From contig OY762911.1 in assembly GCA_963666565.1 (NCBI GenBank), positions 768,001-832,000 of the forward strand: 64,000 nt of DNA. The letters run 5' to 3'. The translations under genes and the position numbers were made by a program. The notes below the pieces were generated by a model. That model searched no databases. It was not told where the DNA came from and worked only from the letters and a program-made list of their open reading frames with translations. Source of the DNA: Thermoanaerobaculia bacterium. GTDB taxonomy: Bacteria; Acidobacteriota; Thermoanaerobaculia; Multivoradales; Multivoraceae. Below are positions 1 through 11,702 of the stretch, one piece after another (the stretch's first letter is position 1; every line of letters begins with the position of its first letter).

Positions 1-83
1 TCTCGCTTCAGGCGAGACACGACCTCAGCGGCCGCTCTACGTCCTTCCTTGTCCAGCGCTACGGCGAACACCTTCTTGTCCAT
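1..83 (-). CDS. N-terminus of a hypothetical protein running off the window edge (MDKKVFAVALDKEGRR...)
   Basis: ATG at 83 with purine-rich GGGAGAAGA upstream on the minus strand; open to position 1; no recognisable motif. Confidence 0.35.
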   Translation of the reverse strand, partial: MDKKVFAVALDKEGRRAAAEVVSRLKR

Positions 84-811
84 GTCTTCTCCCTTGCACC
101 TCCCGTGTAAACGCCCAAGTCTAGCCGTGGATCAGGCTCTGGGGAGCATCTCCGGTGGACTGCCGTGGGCTACGCATCCGCCGACGAGGGGTTCGATTCG
201 CTGGCTCTCCACGCCCCGCGCCAAAAGCGTCGGCGCAGACAGTCGATCTAAGCTGAGACAGCCACCTTGGACGCCTTCTTCGGCGCGTCATCGGGCCGGT
301 CGCCGGCCGCGACGTCGGCGACGACATTGCGACGGCGCTTCTCCCTGTTCGGTCCAGATGTCATCGGCTCTCTCACCGATGCCGCCGCAGCAATATAGAC
401 ACCTCCTTGCTCTGGCTGAGCAACTAGAGTGTAGCCGACTCCAAACCGTCGGCCAACACCCTGGACGTTCCATTGCTGATCGCAGTAGCCGTTGCTGCCG
501 AGGCGACGGTGACGCAACCAGACGCGCCCCCGGGAGAAGGGGCCGGAGCGGATCTCGACCGACCTGGCCTTCCAGAGCGGGACGATTCTCTGCCTCGACC
601 TTCTGCCTCGACGGCCCCACGCGCGTCCACAGTCGGCAACGCGGCCGAACCCAAGACTGCGTGAGCGGCCAAGCACCGAGGAGAGCAGCGCCTTCGGGCT
701 GGGCGAGGAGATCGGGCGCACTAAACTGAGACACTACAGAGAAACTCACCCCAGCTGGCCAGCCACCCGTGGACCAGTCCGTGCTCCCGCAATCGGGCGC
801 ACCGATTTCGG

Positions 812-856
812 ATCCGCGCACCCAGCAGGGCGGGTCGGAAGACCCGCGCACCCAGT
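812..856. repeat. REP-like palindromic repeat copies
   Basis: CCGCGCACCCAG followed by GCGGGTCGGAAGACCCGCGCACCCAG just past the stop of the peptidase gene. Confidence 0.85.
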
Positions 857-859
857 GAG

Positions 860-3610
860 TTACGGCGCCGCGCAGGCGAACGCCTTCTTGTCCTGCACCG
901 GCAGGAAGCGGGTGCCGGCGGGGTTCTCGTACGTCTTCGCCTCGCCGGTCTCGGTGTCGGTGACGGTCATCGTCACGCCGACGTCCGTCAGGCCGGCGGC
1001 GAACACCCAGCGGTGGCCGTTCAGCGCGCAGCCGTCCAGCACCTTCAGGACCATCTCCACGTTGCTCGGCTCGAAGAACCAGTAGAGCCCCGTGTCTCCG
1101 GTCAGCGGCCAGGAGACCGCGTCGCCCGTCTCACCGTCCGGTTTCGCCCAGGAGGCGCGGACGGCGTAGCGGCCGTTCTCGAGGCACAGCGTCCGGTCGT
1201 CCGGCTCGCACTCGCCGGCGTCCGAGGCCGCGACTGCCCGGAACGGCGGCGGCGCCTCGGACGGCAGCTCGAGCGCGACGGCCGCGCGGTTCGTGCCGCC
1301 GCGCACGGCCTCCAGCTCGTCCGCCGCCAGCAGGTACCGGCTCTCGCCGTACAGGTTGGTTCCCTGCGGACAGACGGCGAACGTCTCCTGGTCCTGGACC
1401 GGCTGGAAGGCGGCCCCCGGCGGGTTGTAGTAGGTGGCGGCGACGCCGGTCTCCGAGTCGATCACCTTCATGACGACCTTCACGTCCGTCAGGCCGCCGG
1501 CGAACACCCAGTAGCGCTGGTTGAACGCGCAGCCGTCCAGGACCTTGACCAGGACCTCGACGTTCTCCGCGTTGAAGAACCAGACGAAGCCCGTGTCGTT
1601 CGTCAGCGGCACGGCCGAACCGGCGCCGCCGTCGACCGCCGCCTGCCACTGGAGTTCCACCCGGAAACGCCCCTGGTTCAGGCACACCGTGTCGCCGTCG
1701 GCCACGCACTCCCCGACCTCGGCGAGCGTCGTCGCGCCGACTTCGGGCGTGGGCGCCGAACTGCCGCGGTCGTTCACGGCGACGACCTGGTAGGCGCGGA
1801 AGGTGGCGGGCGGGATGTTCTCGATGACGATCGACGTCGTGTTCGCGGGCAAGGTCGCGATCCGCATGAACTCGCTGTCGACCATCCGCTCGTGGATCTC
1901 GAAGCCCGTCTCGTCGCCGGAACGGTCCTGCCAGCGGAGCTCCAGTTCCGTCTGGCCGATGGCGGTGACGGTCAGGTCGATCGGCGAGGCCGGGCCCACC
2001 GGGCCCACCGGGCCGGTCAGGGGATAGAGGACGCGCACCGCGTTGCGGTCGTCGCGGTTGAGCGCCGCGCCCCGGCCGTCGCCGTGGGCGAGGGCGCGCA
2101 TGATCGCCTCGTCGGTCAGCTCGTTGCACGAGCTGTTCGCCTCGTCGCCGCAGGAGTGGCCGATGCCGAGGACGTGGCCCAGTTCGTGGGCCATGATCTC
2201 CTCGTGGTTCCGGCGCGGGTTCGCGCTGCCGGCAAGCCACTCGCCGTAGCCGTCCTGGGTCGCGATGTTGGCCTCCACCAGTTCGTAGGCCTCCGTCCGG
2301 CGGCCTCCGGGGATCGGATGCGGGGGATTGGCGGCGTCGCAGTAGGCGTAGGCGATGGTGATGGCCAGGATGCCCCCGACCTCCGGATCGAACGAGCCCG
2401 GGATCTCGTCGGCCGGATCCTCGAAGCCGATCCTGTTCTCGCCGTCGGGTTGGAGCGTGAACTCCTCGTCCGTCAGACCGCTCCGGACCAGATGCACGCG
2501 GCTCCGCGGATCCCCGTTCCAGGCTCTCATGCCGGCAAGCACCTGCGACCTGCCCGCGCTTGGCGCTCCCGGCTGGCCGCCGGCCTGGACCACGAGATCC
2601 AGGCTGTCGCCGCGGTCGAAGTTGCGCCAGCGAAGGGGAGTGCCGGGTTGCTCGCAGCCGGCGCCCACGCGGAGCAGGTTGTACGGCGAGACGACCGCCG
2701 CGGGGTCCTCCCCCAAGTCCGTGGCGAAGTAGTCCGCCGGCTGCTCCCGGCCGGCCGCGCGGTCGGCGATCCAGCGCCGGAACGGCGCGGCGTGACGCGG
2801 CAGGCGCGCCAGGCGCCGGGCCTCGGCGTGGGGGTCGGCGGGCCGCGCATGAGGGCCGGAAGAGCCGCTCGCCCAGTGCGCCGGCGCCTCGCCATGGAGC
2901 GACGGCTCGCGCATGAGCAGGGTCCGGGCGCCCGACCGCACCTCGAAGAACATGCCGAGCGCGAGTTCCACGGTGCGGTAGACGCCCTCGACCGGATCGA
3001 GGAAGAGCAGCGCCCGGTCGCCCTCGACGAGGTCGGGCAGGCCCATGACCCGCGCCGCGATGCCGCCCGGGCCCATGCCGCCGGGCTGGCGGACGACGAT
3101 CGTGCCGCCGGGGACGAAGCCCTTGAGCACTTCCTCGACCTGGAACATGAAGTCGGTCGAGGGCAGGCCGTCGGCCGGCGAGGGCTCGGCGGCCAGGACT
3201 TCGCCGAAGACGATGACGGGCGAGCGGTCGACGAGGGCGGCGTCGGTGGGGAGGACGTAGACGAGGGCTTGGGCGGCGGAGGCGGCGAGGAGCAGCGCGG
3301 CGGCGGCCAGAAGAACCGACGGGCTTCGCCCGGCGAGTTGTTGCCGCCTTCGGCGGGAGCGGGTCGGAAGACCCGCGCACCCGGCGGCCAGAATGGACGG
3401 GCTTCGCCCGGCGAGTTGGTGCCGCCTTCGGCGGGGGCGGGTCGGAAGACCCGCGCACCCGGTGGTCAGAATGGACGGGCTTCGCCCGGCGGGTTGTTGC
3501 CGCCTTCGGCGGATGCGGGTCACAGGACCCGCGCACCCAGTGGGACCAGCGCACGCGGTGGGATCCGCGCGGCGGCAGAGAAGAATGGCGATGAACCGAT
3601 GCGTGGGCAT
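860..3610 (-). CDS. Secreted zinc metallopeptidase (matrixin/M10-like) with an FN3 domain and two C-terminal repeated domains
   Basis: HELGHVLGIGHS zinc motif with Met-turn (AIM); FN3-like LRWQDRSGDETGFEI; two copies of CL.xGR(F/Y).V...WFF...NVE..VKVLDGC..N..WVFA.GLTDV; start uncertain (3610 or 3673). Confidence 0.8.
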   Translation of the reverse strand: MPTHRFIAILLCRRADPTACAGPTGCAGPVTRIRRRRQQPAGRSPSILTTGCAGLPTRPRRRRHQLAGRSPSILAAGCAGLPTRSRRRRQQLAGRSPSVLLAAAALLLAASAAQALVYVLPTDAALVDRSPVIVFGEVLAAEPSPADGLPSTDFMFQVEEVLKGFVPGGTIVVRQPGGMGPGGIAARVMGLPDLVEGDRALLFLDPVEGVYRTVELALGMFFEVRSGARTLLMREPSLHGEAPAHWASGSSGPHARPADPHAEARRLARLPRHAAPFRRWIADRAAGREQPADYFATDLGEDPAAVVSPYNLLRVGAGCEQPGTPLRWRNFDRGDSLDLVVQAGGQPGAPSAGRSQVLAGMRAWNGDPRSRVHLVRSGLTDEEFTLQPDGENRIGFEDPADEIPGSFDPEVGGILAITIAYAYCDAANPPHPIPGGRRTEAYELVEANIATQDGYGEWLAGSANPRRNHEEIMAHELGHVLGIGHSCGDEANSSCNELTDEAIMRALAHGDGRGAALNRDDRNAVRVLYPLTGPVGPVGPASPIDLTVTAIGQTELELRWQDRSGDETGFEIHERMVDSEFMRIATLPANTTSIVIENIPPATFRAYQVVAVNDRGSSAPTPEVGATTLAEVGECVADGDTVCLNQGRFRVELQWQAAVDGGAGSAVPLTNDTGFVWFFNAENVEVLVKVLDGCAFNQRYWVFAGGLTDVKVVMKVIDSETGVAATYYNPPGAAFQPVQDQETFAVCPQGTNLYGESRYLLAADELEAVRGGTNRAAVALELPSEAPPPFRAVAASDAGECEPDDRTLCLENGRYAVRASWAKPDGETGDAVSWPLTGDTGLYWFFEPSNVEMVLKVLDGCALNGHRWVFAAGLTDVGVTMTVTDTETGEAKTYENPAGTRFLPVQDKKAFACAAP
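3318..3540. repeat. Three tandem ~78-bp units, each containing the REP-like palindrome, in frame in the peptidase N-terminus
   Basis: Units start at 3318, 3396 and 3474; they translate as [24 protein letters not shown]. Confidence 0.85.
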
Positions 3611-3781
3611 GGCGAAGCCCGTCGCCCTGGATGGAGGGGCGAGGGGAAAGCGCGCGGATTCTAGCATCCTCAAGGGGTTTCGCGCCGTTGCCGTTCGTGC
3701 GGGTCGGTCACCCGCGTCCCAGCGTCAGCCGTTCGGAGGAAGTACAGGCTTCAACGCGTTCCGGCGGGGCGGGATTCCCGC

Positions 3782-4450
3782 TCAGGAGAGCAGTTGGCCC
3801 GCCCTCACGGTCAACTCGTCGAGCCTGGCGCCGAGTTCGATCCGCGCTTCCTCGCGCTCAGCGGGCGTCGTCCTGCGCTCGAGCGCCATCGGTTCGCCGA
3901 CCGCGACCGCCACGCGGGTGAAGGGCGCGCCGACGTTCAAGCGGTCCCAGCTTCGCACCCTGAATCCGCGGGCGGCGGCGATGCCGGCGGGGACGATCGG
4001 CGCGCCCGACGTCGCCGCAAGCGCGATGCCGCCGGGCTTGGCCTCGCGGGCCGGCCCGCGCGGACCGTCGGGCATGAGGAGCAGGGTCGACCGGTGCCTG
4101 CGGAGCTCGCCGTAGAGGTGGAGGGCCGCGTCGCGGCCGCCCCGCGAGGTCGAGCCGCGGGTGACGCGGATGCCCCAGGCTCGGCCGATCCGCGCCGACA
4201 GCTCGCCGTCGGCGGAGTGGCTGGCGAGGATGGACACCGGTCCGCCGGCCGGCAGCAGGAACCTGCGCACCAGCAGCAGGGAGAGCATCGTCTGCTCGTG
4301 CCAGCAGGCAAGCATCGCCGGCGGCTGCAACGCCCGCTCCAGGTGTTCGCGGCCCTCAAGGCGGCGAAGGCGCCAGGTCGCCGAGAGCGCCTGAGAGAAG
4401 AACCGCGCCGCCAAAGCGGCAACCGGCAACGCAGCGCCCCGAACCTTCAC
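3782..4450 (-). CDS. DUF374 / lysophospholipid acyltransferase family protein
   Basis: CWH, LASHSADGE, RGSTSRGG and PDGPRGP motifs; lies downstream of msbA; GTG start estimated just after the repeat array. Confidence 0.8.
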   Translation of the reverse strand: MKVRGAALPVAALAARFFSQALSATWRLRRLEGREHLERALQPPAMLACWHEQTMLSLLLVRRFLLPAGGPVSILASHSADGELSARIGRAWGIRVTRGSTSRGGRDAALHLYGELRRHRSTLLLMPDGPRGPAREAKPGGIALAATSGAPIVPAGIAAARGFRVRSWDRLNVGAPFTRVAVAVGEPMALERRTTPAEREEARIELGARLDELTVRAGQLLS

Positions 4451-4668
4451 CACTGGGTGCGCGGGTCCCACTGGGTGCGCGGGTCTTCCGACCCGCATCC
4501 GGGCCACTGGGTGCGCGGGTCCTCTGACCCGCATCCGGGCCACTGGGTGCGCGGGTCCTCCGACCCGCATCCGCCCTGGGTGCGCGGGTCTTCCGACCCG
4601 CATCCGGGCTGGGCGCACGGCCCCCACTGGGTGCGCGGGTCCTCTGACCCGCATCCGCCGAAGGCGGC
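4451..4668. repeat. Tandem array of about six REP-like units
   Basis: CACTGGGTGCGCGGGTC(T/C)T(C/T)(C/T)GACCCGCATCCG repeated at ~36-bp period, ending in a CCGCCGAAGGCGG hairpin. Confidence 0.9.
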
Positions 4669-4702
4669 CAAAGAAACGGCCAGCCCGCTGCCGGCGCCCT
4701 CC

Positions 4703-6604
4703 TCACCCATGAAACTGCAAATCGTAAAGCCGCTTGTACGCGCCGCCCAGTTCCAGCAGCTCTTCGTGCGTCCCCTCCTCCACGATCGATCCCCGATCCA
4801 GCACCACGATCCGGTCGGCCCGCACCACCGTCGACAGCCTGTGCGCGATGACCAGCGCGGTCCGCCCCTCCATCAGGTTGTAGATCGCCCGCTGCACGAC
4901 CGCCTCCGACTCCGTGTCGAGGTGCGACGTCGCCTCGTCCAGAATCAGGATCGGCGCGTTCTTCAGCAGCGCCCGCGCGATCGCCAGCCGCTGCCGCTGG
5001 CCGCCGGACAGGTTCTGCCCGCCCTCGCCGACCACCGTGTCGTAGCCCTCCGGCATCGCCATGATGAAGTCGTCCGCGTAGGCGGCGGCCGCCGCCATCC
5101 GCACGTCCTCGAGCGGCAGGTCGTCGCGGCCGTAGGCGATGTTGTTCCGCACCGTGTCGTTGAACAGCACCGTCTCCTGGGTGACGATCCCGATCAGCGA
5201 CCGCAGGTTCCGAAGCGGCAGGGCGCGGATGTCGACCCCGTCGATCGACACCCTGCCCGCCACCGGGTCGAAGAAACGCGGCAGCAGGTTGACCAGCGTC
5301 GACTTCCCGGCGCCCGACGCGCCCACCAGGGCGACCACCTCGTCGCGATGGAGATCGAGCCGGATGCCGGAGAGCACCCCCTTGCCGTGCCCGGTGTCCT
5401 CGTAGTCGAAGGAGACGTCCTCAAAGCGGATGCCCCGCTCCAGCCCGGAGATCGGCGGCGCGGTGGGCCGGTCGACGATCTCGCTCTCGATCTGCATGAC
5501 GCCGTGGACCCGCCGGCTGCAAGCGACGGCTTCCTGGAGGACGAGGTTGACCTTGTTCAGCTTGCGGATCGGGTCGTACATGAGGAACAGCACGAGCAGG
5601 AACTGGAAGAACAGGCCGAAGGTCAGGCGGCCGTCGCGGATCATCAGGCCGGCGGAGATGACGAGCGCCGCGCCGCCGATGGCCGCGGTGGCTTCGATCA
5701 CCGGGCTCGAGAGGGTCGAAAGGAACTGGGCGCGGAGGTTGGCCAGCAGGTGGCCGCGGGTGGCGCCCTCGAAGCGCCGGCACTCGAACTCCTCCATGCC
5801 GAACGCCTTGACGACGCGGTTGCCGCGGATGCCTTCCGTCAGAAGCCCGGAGAGGTCGGCCATCCGCTCCTGGCTGCGGTAGCTCACCTTGCGCATGCCC
5901 TTGCCGAAGCGGGCCAGCAGGAACGCGAAGACCGGCGCCGCGAACAGCGACACGACCGCGAGGGTGAAATGGAGCGTGAGCAGCGTGCCGGCGTAGACGA
6001 ACAGCATGGCGACGGACATGAAGATGTCGAACAGCCTCGCCGAGACCGCGTTCTGGAGCTTCGAGATGTCGCTGACGACGCGGCTGTAGAGCTCGCCCGA
6101 AGTGAAGCGCTGGTGGAAGCGGCTCGACTGGTGGATGATGTGGCGATAGAGGTCGTTGCGGATGTCGGTCGTGACGCCCAGGCCGGCGCGCTGGAACGAG
6201 TAGCCCGACAGGAACGCCATGAGGCTCCGCAGCAGCACGACGAGCACCAGCAGAATCGGCGTGAAGAAGGCCTCGCGCCGCCCCTCGATCCCGAACCGGA
6301 TCTTCGCGTCTTCGTAGAGGCCGGCCGCCGCCGCCCGGAGGCGCCCGGTGAACCGCTCGACCGGCTCGAACAGGCCGCTCGCGGCCGGGTCGGCTTCCTC
6401 CGCCGGGCGCCCGACGCCCAGGCCGCCGATGGACACGCCTTCGAGGTCCTCGTCGCTGGCGAGAAGCACCTCCTCGAACATCGGGTTCATCAGCCCCACG
6501 AAGGCCAGCGTGGCGACGCTGAAGACCGCGATGGCGGCCAGAGCGAGCAGCCCCCAATGCACGTAGCGGCGGGCGTAATGAAGGAAGAAGGCGACCAGCT
6601 CCAT
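4703..6604 (-). CDS. msbA: MsbA-like ABC exporter (fused permease and ATPase)
   Basis: N-terminal transmembrane domain; Walker A GASGAGKST; LSGGQRQR signature; ILILDEATS; IAHRLST. Confidence 0.8.
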   Translation of the reverse strand: MELVAFFLHYARRYVHWGLLALAAIAVFSVATLAFVGLMNPMFEEVLLASDEDLEGVSIGGLGVGRPAEEADPAASGLFEPVERFTGRLRAAAAGLYEDAKIRFGIEGRREAFFTPILLVLVVLLRSLMAFLSGYSFQRAGLGVTTDIRNDLYRHIIHQSSRFHQRFTSGELYSRVVSDISKLQNAVSARLFDIFMSVAMLFVYAGTLLTLHFTLAVVSLFAAPVFAFLLARFGKGMRKVSYRSQERMADLSGLLTEGIRGNRVVKAFGMEEFECRRFEGATRGHLLANLRAQFLSTLSSPVIEATAAIGGAALVISAGLMIRDGRLTFGLFFQFLLVLFLMYDPIRKLNKVNLVLQEAVACSRRVHGVMQIESEIVDRPTAPPISGLERGIRFEDVSFDYEDTGHGKGVLSGIRLDLHRDEVVALVGASGAGKSTLVNLLPRFFDPVAGRVSIDGVDIRALPLRNLRSLIGIVTQETVLFNDTVRNNIAYGRDDLPLEDVRMAAAAAYADDFIMAMPEGYDTVVGEGGQNLSGGQRQRLAIARALLKNAPILILDEATSHLDTESEAVVQRAIYNLMEGRTALVIAHRLSTVVRADRIVVLDRGSIVEEGTHEELLELGGAYKRLYDLQFHG

Positions 6605-6627
6605 GCCGGCGCAGCATACTTTGCGCT

Positions 6628-9070
<2,443 letters not shown>

Positions 9071-9108
9071 CGGCGGCCGCAGCGGGGCGTGGGCGTTAGG
9101 ATTTCGCC

Positions 9109-10491
9109 ATGACCGCCTCCCCCTGGGTCGTCGTCATCGACGACGAGGCCGGTTCCCGCCAGTCCATGGCGATCGCCCTGGAGCGGGCCGGGCTGCGCGT
9201 GCGCGTGTTCGACGACGCCGAACCGGCGCTCGCCTTCGTCGAGCGGGAACCGCGGGTGCGCCTCGCGGTCTGCGATCTGCGAATGCCGGGGATGGACGGG
9301 CTGGCCTTCCTGAACCGGGTGCGGGCCCAGGAGCTCGACCTGGCCGTCATCCTGGTGACCGGGTTCGGCACGATCGAGTCCGCCGTCGAGGCGATGCGGG
9401 TCGGCGCCGACGACTACCTGACCAAGCCGGTCGACCTCTACGAGCTGCGGAGCCGCGTCCTCAAGCTGATCGAGAACTGGCAGTTGCGCGACGAGGTGAC
9501 GAACCTGCGCGAGATGCTCGACGAGCGGTTCGGGTTCGACGCCATCGTGGGCCGGTCGGCGGCGATGGAGCAGTTGTTCCAGCAGATGCGCCAGGTCGCG
9601 CCGAGCCGCGCGTCGGTGCTGATCCTGGGCGAAAGCGGCACCGGCAAGGAACTCGTGGCGAAGGCGCTGCACCAGGCGAGCTCGCGCAGCCAGGAGAGGT
9701 TCCTGGCGCTCAACTGCGGCGCCATCCCGAACGAGATCCTGGAGAGCGAACTGTTCGGGCACGAGAGGGGATCGTTCACCGGCGCGGTGAGCCGCAAGAT
9801 CGGCAAGTTCGAGCTGGCGGCGCGCGGCACGCTGTTCCTGGACGAGATCAGCGAGCTGATCCCGGAACTCCAGGTCAAGCTGCTGCGGGTGCTGGAAGAG
9901 CGGCAGATCATGCGGGTCGGCGGCAGCAGGACGATCGACATCGACTTCCGGCTGCTCGCGGCCACGAACCGCAACCTGGAGGAGGCGGTCGAGAAGGGCG
10001 CCTTCCGGGAGGACCTCTACTACCGGCTCAAGGTCGTGATTCTGCGGATTCCGCCGCTGCGGGAACGCCTCGACGACCTGCCGCTGCTCGCCGACCACTT
10101 CCTGCGGGAGTTCGCGAACCGCGAGGGCAAGCCGGAGATGCAGCTCTCGGGCAGGGCCCTCTCGTGCCTCGCCCGGAACCGCTGGCAGGGCAACGTGCGG
10201 GAACTGCGGAACGTGCTGGAGACGGTCGCGGTCTTCCACGACGGCGGCCGGATCGAGGTCGGCGATCTGCCCGAGGAGATTCGCCAGGCCGCCGAAGCGC
10301 CGGCCGAAGCGGCCGTCCAGACCGCCTTCGGCGAACCGCGGACGATGGCCGAGATCGAGCGCCGGGCGATCCTGCAGACGCTGGACCGCACCGGCGGCAA
10401 GCGGGCCGAAGCGGCGCGGGTGCTGGGAATCGGCGTGCGGACGCTGCAGCGGAAGCTGAAGGACTACCGCGAGAAGGGGCTGGTGCAGTGA
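9109..10491 (+). CDS. Sigma-54-dependent response regulator (NtrC/AtoC family)
   Basis: Receiver domain (DLRMPGMDG), GESGTGKE, GSFTGA, FREDLYYRL and Fis-type HTH. Confidence 0.95.
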   Translation: MTASPWVVVIDDEAGSRQSMAIALERAGLRVRVFDDAEPALAFVEREPRVRLAVCDLRMPGMDGLAFLNRVRAQELDLAVILVTGFGTIESAVEAMRVGADDYLTKPVDLYELRSRVLKLIENWQLRDEVTNLREMLDERFGFDAIVGRSAAMEQLFQQMRQVAPSRASVLILGESGTGKELVAKALHQASSRSQERFLALNCGAIPNEILESELFGHERGSFTGAVSRKIGKFELAARGTLFLDEISELIPELQVKLLRVLEERQIMRVGGSRTIDIDFRLLAATNRNLEEAVEKGAFREDLYYRLKVVILRIPPLRERLDDLPLLADHFLREFANREGKPEMQLSGRALSCLARNRWQGNVRELRNVLETVAVFHDGGRIEVGDLPEEIRQAAEAPAEAAVQTAFGEPRTMAEIERRAILQTLDRTGGKRAEAARVLGIGVRTLQRKLKDYREKGLVQ

Positions 10492-10555
10492 TAGCGGCCA
10501 GAAGGTCCGCCCATGAGGTTTGGGCTGAAACTGACGCAGCCCTCATCCCCCGGGC

Positions 10556-11065
10556 TCAACGAACCTTCGATAGTTCTCTCTTCACGCCCTCTTTGAAGTC
10601 GCCCACGCGGACCCGGCTATCCTCTACGGCCTTGGCCAGTAGCTGTCTAACCTGCTTGCGCCGAATCCTGCGGAGCCTCCCGTCCTCTATCGCACTCACA
10701 ACGAGAGAAGCAACCTTGCCTAGACGTTGGTAGTCAAGATGGCTGACATCAACATGGCGTCCAACGAGATCCTCTATCGTGGTATCTCCTCGACTCTCGC
10801 CAAACTGCAGGCCGACTGACTGAAAGTCCTCGTCTGGAAGCCAGACCACGACCAGCGTTTCTACGTGGTCACTCGCCGCCGCCATCGCGAGCGCAGCCTC
10901 CTCTACCTCCTCCTTGGAACCGTCGCCGCAACGCCAGAAGGACAGGGCGTTTTCCCGAGTCCTAAGGTCAATCGTAACGGCGTCCGCCGGGATCTCGCCT
11001 GGCGACCACCCGCTGTCTGTACCCGTTCGCCACTTCGCCTCGCTGATCTTCCGGGCCACAAACAT
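10556..11065 (-). CDS. Hypothetical protein (RKIS..KW ... DLRT..N.LS.W)
   Basis: Protein-like composition; closely coupled to the upstream gene; lower-GC island. Confidence 0.7.
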   Translation of the reverse strand: MFVARKISEAKWRTGTDSGWSPGEIPADAVTIDLRTRENALSFWRCGDGSKEEVEEAALAMAAASDHVETLVVVWLPDEDFQSVGLQFGESRGDTTIEDLVGRHVDVSHLDYQRLGKVASLVVSAIEDGRLRRIRRKQVRQLLAKAVEDSRVRVGDFKEGVKRELSKVR

Positions 11066-11069
11066 CGCC

Positions 11070-11702
11070 CTACTCGTCCGCATCCTCAATCACGTCCCCA
11101 ATGTACTCGCGGAGCCATGACTCAGGCTCACGGTGTGCCTTGAGGATCGAGCACACACCAGCCTCTTCCCAGACCTCGGCCAACTGCACCGCAGTCTCCC
11201 TAACTTCGGCGTCACCCTCTCTCAAGCAGTCCCGCACGAGCGCCAGACGCCAAGCCCGGCTGCCGGGCCGCTCTTCCTGCCGACCCAAACAGCGCATAAG
11301 GGACGCCGCGAAGTTCGGTCTGCTGCCATCAAGGCAGACGCCTCGCAGAACTTCAAGTGCTTGGCCAGAGTCCGAGGCCAAGATCTCCTTCACCGTGGAC
11401 TCCGCGGAGTGCGCTACGCCAGCTACCAACGGCTCCGCATCCAAGGCCGACCACAACCTCGCCTCTATCTCCCGTCTCTCTTGCGAGTCCCACAGCGACC
11501 CCCGGAGTGCCTGCGACGCGAATCCAGCAACGTCAACCAACATCGGAAAGAGGCTTGCCTGAGAGCGCGGCTGAATCTCCACTGCCCAAGTTCCGTCGAT
11601 GTAGAGCCGCCGGGCCAGTTCTAGGCGCGACTTCTGCAACGAAGCTGCGTCGAAGCAAGCCGCCAAGGACTCTCTTACTTGTCGTCCCATTTCAACCGCC
11701 AT
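11070..11702 (-). CDS. Hypothetical protein with a HEAT-like helical C-terminus
   Basis: DAEVRETAVQLAEVW...LK...E...WLREY pattern; overlaps the stop of the upstream gene. Confidence 0.65.
   Translation of the reverse strand: MAVEMGRQVRESLAACFDAASLQKSRLELARRLYIDGTWAVEIQPRSQASLFPMLVDVAGFASQALRGSLWDSQERREIEARLWSALDAEPLVAGVAHSAESTVKEILASDSGQALEVLRGVCLDGSRPNFAASLMRCLGRQEERPGSRAWRLALVRDCLREGDAEVRETAVQLAEVWEEAGVCSILKAHREPESWLREYIGDVIEDADE

Noticed and set aside
4451-4668. Possible CRISPR array
   Set aside because: Spacers are only ~0-25 bp and mostly identical, the unit is dispersed across the window, and no cas genes are present
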